Of a DNA stretch of 64,000 nucleotides, positions 60,628 through 64,000 are shown piece by piece; position 1 is the stretch's first letter, and every line of letters starts with the position of its first letter. The stretch lies in IMG/VR virus record IMGVR_UViG_3300012347_000217, positions 110,664-174,663 of that record; one strand, given 5' to 3'. The notes beneath the pieces were generated by a model, which saw only the letters and a program-made list of their open reading frames with translations, was not told the DNA's origin and did not search any database. Origin of the DNA: a virus (lineage: Duplodnaviria; Heunggongvirae; Uroviricota; Caudoviricetes). A program made the translations under genes and the position numbers.

Positions 60628-61092
60628 ATGGCTGAAATGCGTGATTATGATAAACATCAAGAGCTTGGACTCTTGGGTGAAAAGATTGTTACTAATATGT
60701 TGAGTGGTTTGGGTCTACGTGTAGAACAATCTATCAACAAGTATGACTCTGAGAAAGACCTTTTGGTCGATGGTAAGAAAGTTGAAGTTAAGACTGAGAC
60801 TCCTTTCGTCAAAAAAGAATGCTTTTCTTTCCGTCCAAACCAACTAAAGAAGTGTACAACAGTGGATGTTCTATACATCGTTTCTGTTCCTCACCCCAAG
60901 TATGAACACTACTCTGGTGGCTGGGTCTTCCGTGTTGACCCAAAGAACTTCGAACACTTCACCTACAAAACCCGCTATGGTGTAGAAATGATTGGTATCA
61001 AGATTAACCAACCAGCAGTTGTTCCGGTACAGAAACTATCTGATGCGGAAATCAAAGAACTTGTTAAATACAGCGTAACATCATATACATGA
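60628..61092 (+). CDS. PD-(D/E)XK nuclease-like protein inserted between gp44 and gp62
   Basis: G.LGEKIV helix, then KDLLVDGKKVEVKT (D...EVK). It has its own SD (AAGGA). Confidence 0.55.
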   Translation: MAEMRDYDKHQELGLLGEKIVTNMLSGLGLRVEQSINKYDSEKDLLVDGKKVEVKTETPFVKKECFSFRPNQLKKCTTVDVLYIVSVPHPKYEHYSGGWVFRVDPKNFEHFTYKTRYGVEMIGIKINQPAVVPVQKLSDAEIKELVKYSVTSYT

Positions 61093-61093
61093 T

Positions 61094-61474
61094 ATGGCTG
61101 ATTTCAAAGAAATTCTAGACAGTATCCAGAAATCTAAAAAATACGTTCTCGATACTGAATCTGACTACTCACCTTTTGGTGTAAACCGTGTTCTATCATA
61201 TTACAAAGACTCGATTCTTTATGCTAATATGATGAACATGAACCACGACCTCGACCGAAGTTTGCAATACCAGTATCTTCTAAATACCATTAGACCGATG
61301 AAACGACAATTTCAGAATATGAAAAAAGTCGATAAGGTACTAAAGGATATAGAATGTGTGAAACTTTATTTTGGTTATTCTGATGAAAAGGCCAAAGAAG
61401 CTCTACGCATTTTAACAGATGAACAAATCGCTTTAATAAAAGAAAAAACAGAAAAAGGCGGAGTGGTAAAATAA
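61094..61474 (+). CDS. gp62: Clamp loader small subunit
   Basis: YSPFGVNRVLSYYKDSILYANMMN...QYQYLLNTIR...VKLYFGYSDEKAKEALRILT.EQI. Confidence 0.92.
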   Translation: MADFKEILDSIQKSKKYVLDTESDYSPFGVNRVLSYYKDSILYANMMNMNHDLDRSLQYQYLLNTIRPMKRQFQNMKKVDKVLKDIECVKLYFGYSDEKAKEALRILTDEQIALIKEKTEKGGVVK

Positions 61475-61884
61475 TGGTTAAAATCGAAGATATGGTAGAG
61501 GTGACGCTGAAGGAGAAAGACGACTTTTTAAAGGTTCGTGAGACTCTAACACGTATTGGCGTTGCATCTAAAAAAGAAAAAATACTTTACCAATCTTGTC
61601 ATATTCTCCATAAGCAAGGCAAATACTATATCGTACACTTCAAGGAATTGTTTTCGTTGGATGGGAAACCAACAGACTTCTCCGAGAACGACATTGCACG
61701 AAGAAACACAGTAACCAACTTGCTTTCAGATTGGGAACTATTACAGATTGTAGATTCAGAGAAAACAAAAGACCCAACGGTTTCGTTATCTCAGGTAAAG
61801 ATTATCCCTCACAAAGAAAAGAGTGAGTGGCAATTAATTCCGAAGTACAATATTGGTAAAAAGCCTCAAACTTTGGATAAATAA
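61474..61884 (+). CDS. regA: Translational repressor RegA
   Basis: DDFLKVRETLTRIGVAS...LYQSCHILHKQGKYYIVHFKELF.LDG. Confidence 0.97.
   Translation: MVKIEDMVEVTLKEKDDFLKVRETLTRIGVASKKEKILYQSCHILHKQGKYYIVHFKELFSLDGKPTDFSENDIARRNTVTNLLSDWELLQIVDSEKTKDPTVSLSQVKIIPHKEKSEWQLIPKYNIGKKPQTLDK
61876..61883 (+). promoter_or_regulatory. Putative late promoter (GATAAATA) upstream of the structured RNA
   Basis: One mismatch to TATAAATA. The predicted +1 (~61888-61889) coincides with the start of the first hairpin. Confidence 0.45.
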
Positions 61885-61887
61885 TTA

Positions 61888-62081
61888 TTCCCCGGGATGG
61901 GAAGACAGGTTTGCGATCTGTACCTGCACAAGAAACACCGCCTAAACCTACCTTAGGGTCCGTTGTCGTTAACGGTTAAGAGCTTTTGCTCTAGGCGTCC
62001 GAGCTATTGCACTGACACTCGTAGTTGTCCCAGTATAAAGTAAGCTGGAACCGCTGTGCCTTCGGGGCAGCATTTTTCTTT
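61888..62081 (+). ncRNA. Candidate structured non-coding RNA / hsp20 leader
   Basis: The 222-nt intergenic gap is GC-richer than other intergenic DNA here and packed with short complementary segments: a four-way junction plus several hairpins, ending in a C(UUCG)G hairpin and T-tract. Confidence 0.6.
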
Positions 62082-62106
62082 AACTCGCTTTAATTAGGAG
62101 AATAAA

Positions 62107-62526
62107 ATGAACTATGGCAAATCTTTGCTTCCTGCAACTGTTGGTTTTGACCGTCTACTGAGCACCGTCGATGAATTCGAAAGGATGTTCGCTACGACCA
62201 AGTTGGCCACGTATCCCCCATATAACATTATCAAAGAAGACGATACACACTACACTATTGAGGTAGCTGTATCTGGTTTCAAACGTCAAGAAATTGAGAT
62301 TGAAACTGCTGGTAATAAGTTGTATGTGAATGGTGCTGTGCAAACAACCAACACAGAAACGCAATACATTCACCGAGGTATCGGCACAAGGGACTTCTCA
62401 CACAAGTTCACTATTGCTGATAATGTCGTAGTGAAAGATGCCGACCTTGCAGATGGTCTTTTGAAAATTCGTTTGGTAAGCATCTTACCGGAAGAACAAA
62501 AGCCTCGCAAGATTAAAATCGGATAA
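62107..62526 (+). CDS. Small heat-shock protein (Hsp20/IbpA-like)
   Basis: VGFDRL, YPPYNII, YTIEVAVSGF, YIHRGIGTRDF and LADGLLKIRL...PEEQKPRKIKI. Confidence 0.95.
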   Translation: MNYGKSLLPATVGFDRLLSTVDEFERMFATTKLATYPPYNIIKEDDTHYTIEVAVSGFKRQEIEIETAGNKLYVNGAVQTTNTETQYIHRGIGTRDFSHKFTIADNVVVKDADLADGLLKIRLVSILPEEQKPRKIKIG

Positions 62527-62531
62527 AGTAC

Positions 62532-62560
62532 TTGCCTTTTGTCTGAAAAGAGCGTAGAAT
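62532..62560 (+). promoter_or_regulatory. Sigma70 promoter (TTGCCT-17-TAGAAT)
   Basis: Intergenic after hsp20, exact 17-nt spacer. Confidence 0.65.
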
Positions 62561-62591
62561 TGGCTCACTGATTCTACGTTATGGATATATT

Positions 62592-62792
62592 ATGAAACCC
62601 GGTGATTTGAAAAACCCAATTAAATTGCGTAACCGTTTTAATGTAACGGACGTATACTACTCTTTCCCGCATTGGGCACCGAAAGAGATTGATGGTGTTG
62701 AGTTCACACCCGTGGTTGCACGACCACCCTCACAAGATATGACACAGACCATCCACTACCTTCGTAAAGATTCTTTGGAGAAGATTAAATGA
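62592..62792 (+). CDS. Hypothetical protein
   Basis: 66-aa ORF after the promoter, coupled (ATGA) to the next gene. Confidence 0.6.
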   Translation: MKPGDLKNPIKLRNRFNVTDVYYSFPHWAPKEIDGVEFTPVVARPPSQDMTQTIHYLRKDSLEKIK

Positions 62793-63640
62793 AATTCGCA
62801 TTATGCTCGGACATCCATTTGGAGTTTGGTCCGATTGAATTGAAAAATGAACTCGGTGCTGATGTGCTGATTCTGTCTGGTGATATCTGTGTCGCAAAAG
62901 ACTTGCGTTCGCCTGATCCATACGAGATTATGGACACAAAAAAATCGGCTATGTACCAGAAATTCTTCCGTGAATGCTGTGAAGAATTCGAGGATGTCAT
63001 CTATGTTATGGGCAACCATGAGCATTACCATGGTGATATCAAGTACACCTACAATCTTCTAAAGAAGAACTTAGGTCACAATGAGAACCTGCATATCATG
63101 GAGAAAGAAGCTATCACTATTGATGATGTGACTTTCGTATGTGGTACTCTGTGGACTGACATGAACAAGCAAGACCCAAACACATTGCTTGGTATCAAGA
63201 GCTACATGAATGATTACAGAATCATTGATGACTCTCGCTTTGATGTTCATTTCCGTGACCAAGACGGCAACTCACAGATTCGTTCGGCTAAATTTTGTCC
63301 CGAACAATCTGTCGTGGAACACAAAGAAATGTTAGACTTCATCGACAAGAGGACAAAGGCGTGGCCATGGGCCAAGTATGTCGTTGTCGGTCATCATGCT
63401 CCAAGCAAGTTGTCGACCAAACCCCAGTATGAAAAAGATGTGATGGTGAATGGTGCTTACAGTTCTGACTTGTCGGAGTTCATCTTGGACCGTCCACAAA
63501 TCAAAGTCTGGACACACGGTCACACGCACCACAACTTTGACTACATGGTTGGCTCTACTCGTATTGTTGCTAACCCTAGAGGTTACGATGGTTTTGAACC
63601 ACAAGCAGACAATTTCCAACTTCAATATATCGAAGTTTAA
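62789..63640 (+). CDS. Calcineurin-like metallophosphoesterase
   Basis: DIH, GDI, GNHE, HH and HGHTH metal-binding motifs; NPRGY. Confidence 0.92.
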   Translation: MKFALCSDIHLEFGPIELKNELGADVLILSGDICVAKDLRSPDPYEIMDTKKSAMYQKFFRECCEEFEDVIYVMGNHEHYHGDIKYTYNLLKKNLGHNENLHIMEKEAITIDDVTFVCGTLWTDMNKQDPNTLLGIKSYMNDYRIIDDSRFDVHFRDQDGNSQIRSAKFCPEQSVVEHKEMLDFIDKRTKAWPWAKYVVVGHHAPSKLSTKPQYEKDVMVNGAYSSDLSEFILDRPQIKVWTHGHTHHNFDYMVGSTRIVANPRGYDGFEPQADNFQLQYIEV

Positions 63641-63647
63641 CTAAATA
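63640..63647 (+). promoter_or_regulatory. Putative late promoter (ACTAAATA) immediately upstream of the tRNA
   Basis: CTAAATA variant ending 5 nt before the tRNA 5' end. Confidence 0.5.
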
Positions 63648-63652
63648 GATAT

Positions 63653-63727
63653 CCGGCGTTAGTATAATGGATAATACAGCGGTCTTCTACACCGTGAATG
63701 TGGGTTCGATTCCTGCACGCCGGACCA
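63653..63727 (+). tRNA. trnR: tRNA-Arg (anticodon TCT)
   Basis: Acceptor stem CCGGCGT/ACGCCGG; D-arm GTAT-AATGGATA-ATAC; anticodon stem GCGGT/ACCGT with loop CT-TCT-AC; T-loop TTCGATT; discriminator A and encoded CCA. Confidence 0.93.
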
Positions 63728-63733
63728 AATAAT

Positions 63734-64000
63734 ATGAAACCAAAATTCATCGAAGCATATATGAAGACCGCAGAGACTTTTGCGGAACTATCATCAGCCG
63801 TAAGGCTTCATGTTGGTGCGATTGTCGTGAAAGATGACCGCATTATTTCCATTGGTTACAATGGCATGCCATCTGGTTGGGATAATAACTGCGAAGAACT
63901 TGTTTATCGTATTGCCGAAGAACCGTTATTAAAATCTAAACCTGAGGTACTACATGCGGAAACTAACGCTATCGCTAAACTGGCAAAATCTACTGAGTCA
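63734..64000 (+). CDS. cd: dCMP deaminase, N-terminal part (truncated by the window end)
   Basis: RLHVGAIVVKDDRIISIGYNGMPSG and the HAETNAI zinc-binding motif. Not in the ORF track because no stop codon lies in the window. Confidence 0.9.
   Translation, partial: MKPKFIEAYMKTAETFAELSSAVRLHVGAIVVKDDRIISIGYNGMPSGWDNNCEELVYRIAEEPLLKSKPEVLHAETNAIAKLAKSTES

Noticed and set aside
61937-62050. Superficial resemblance of the intergenic RNA to twister or pistol ribozymes (CCGCCTAA, TTAGGG...TTAAG)
   Set aside because: I could not build the required pseudoknots or conserved core by hand, so it is left as an unassigned structured RNA.
63684-63690. Reading the tRNA anticodon as CTA (amber suppressor), suggesting TAG recoding
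   Set aside because: The stem GCGGT/ACCGT centres the 7-nt loop on TCT. A CTA register breaks the stem and puts C at position 37. All core genes translate intact with the standard code.

Overview
All recognisable genes in this 64-kb window lie on the + strand. It is part of a large T4-like myovirus genome with the gene order of non-enteric (cyanophage/freshwater-type) T4 relatives. From left to right: baseplate (gp7 C-terminus, gp8, a DUF4815-type 2170-aa protein); a long tail-fibre block (about 10.7-31.5 kb) with S74-chaperoned fibres, a 26-residue-repeat coiled-coil fibre, a Gly-X-Thr collagen fibre, its assembly chaperone and a ~21-blade RCC1-repeat protein; a four-enzyme cassette (TPR/GT9-like glycosyltransferase, sulfotransferase, two methyltransferases); neck, terminase, sheath, tube, portal, prohead and capsid genes (gp13-gp23, gp3); uvsY/uvsW, gp55, gp47/46; peptide deformylase, a DUF4338/DruA-like protein, an HTH protein, a GT-A-like protein and dNMP kinase; gp45, dsbA, gp44, an inserted nuclease-like gene, gp62, regA; a ~200-nt structured non-coding element; hsp20, a metallophosphoesterase, tRNA-Arg(TCT) and a truncated dCMP deaminase. 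The best candidate for an undescribed system is a late-expressed virion-surface modification pathway (glycosylation, sulfation, methylation), with candidate substrates visible in the virion proteins (Gly-X-Thr collagen and [A/S]-N-T-rich exposed regions). The second candidate is the structured RNA between regA and hsp20. All family assignments come from motif recognition by eye; no database searches were run.
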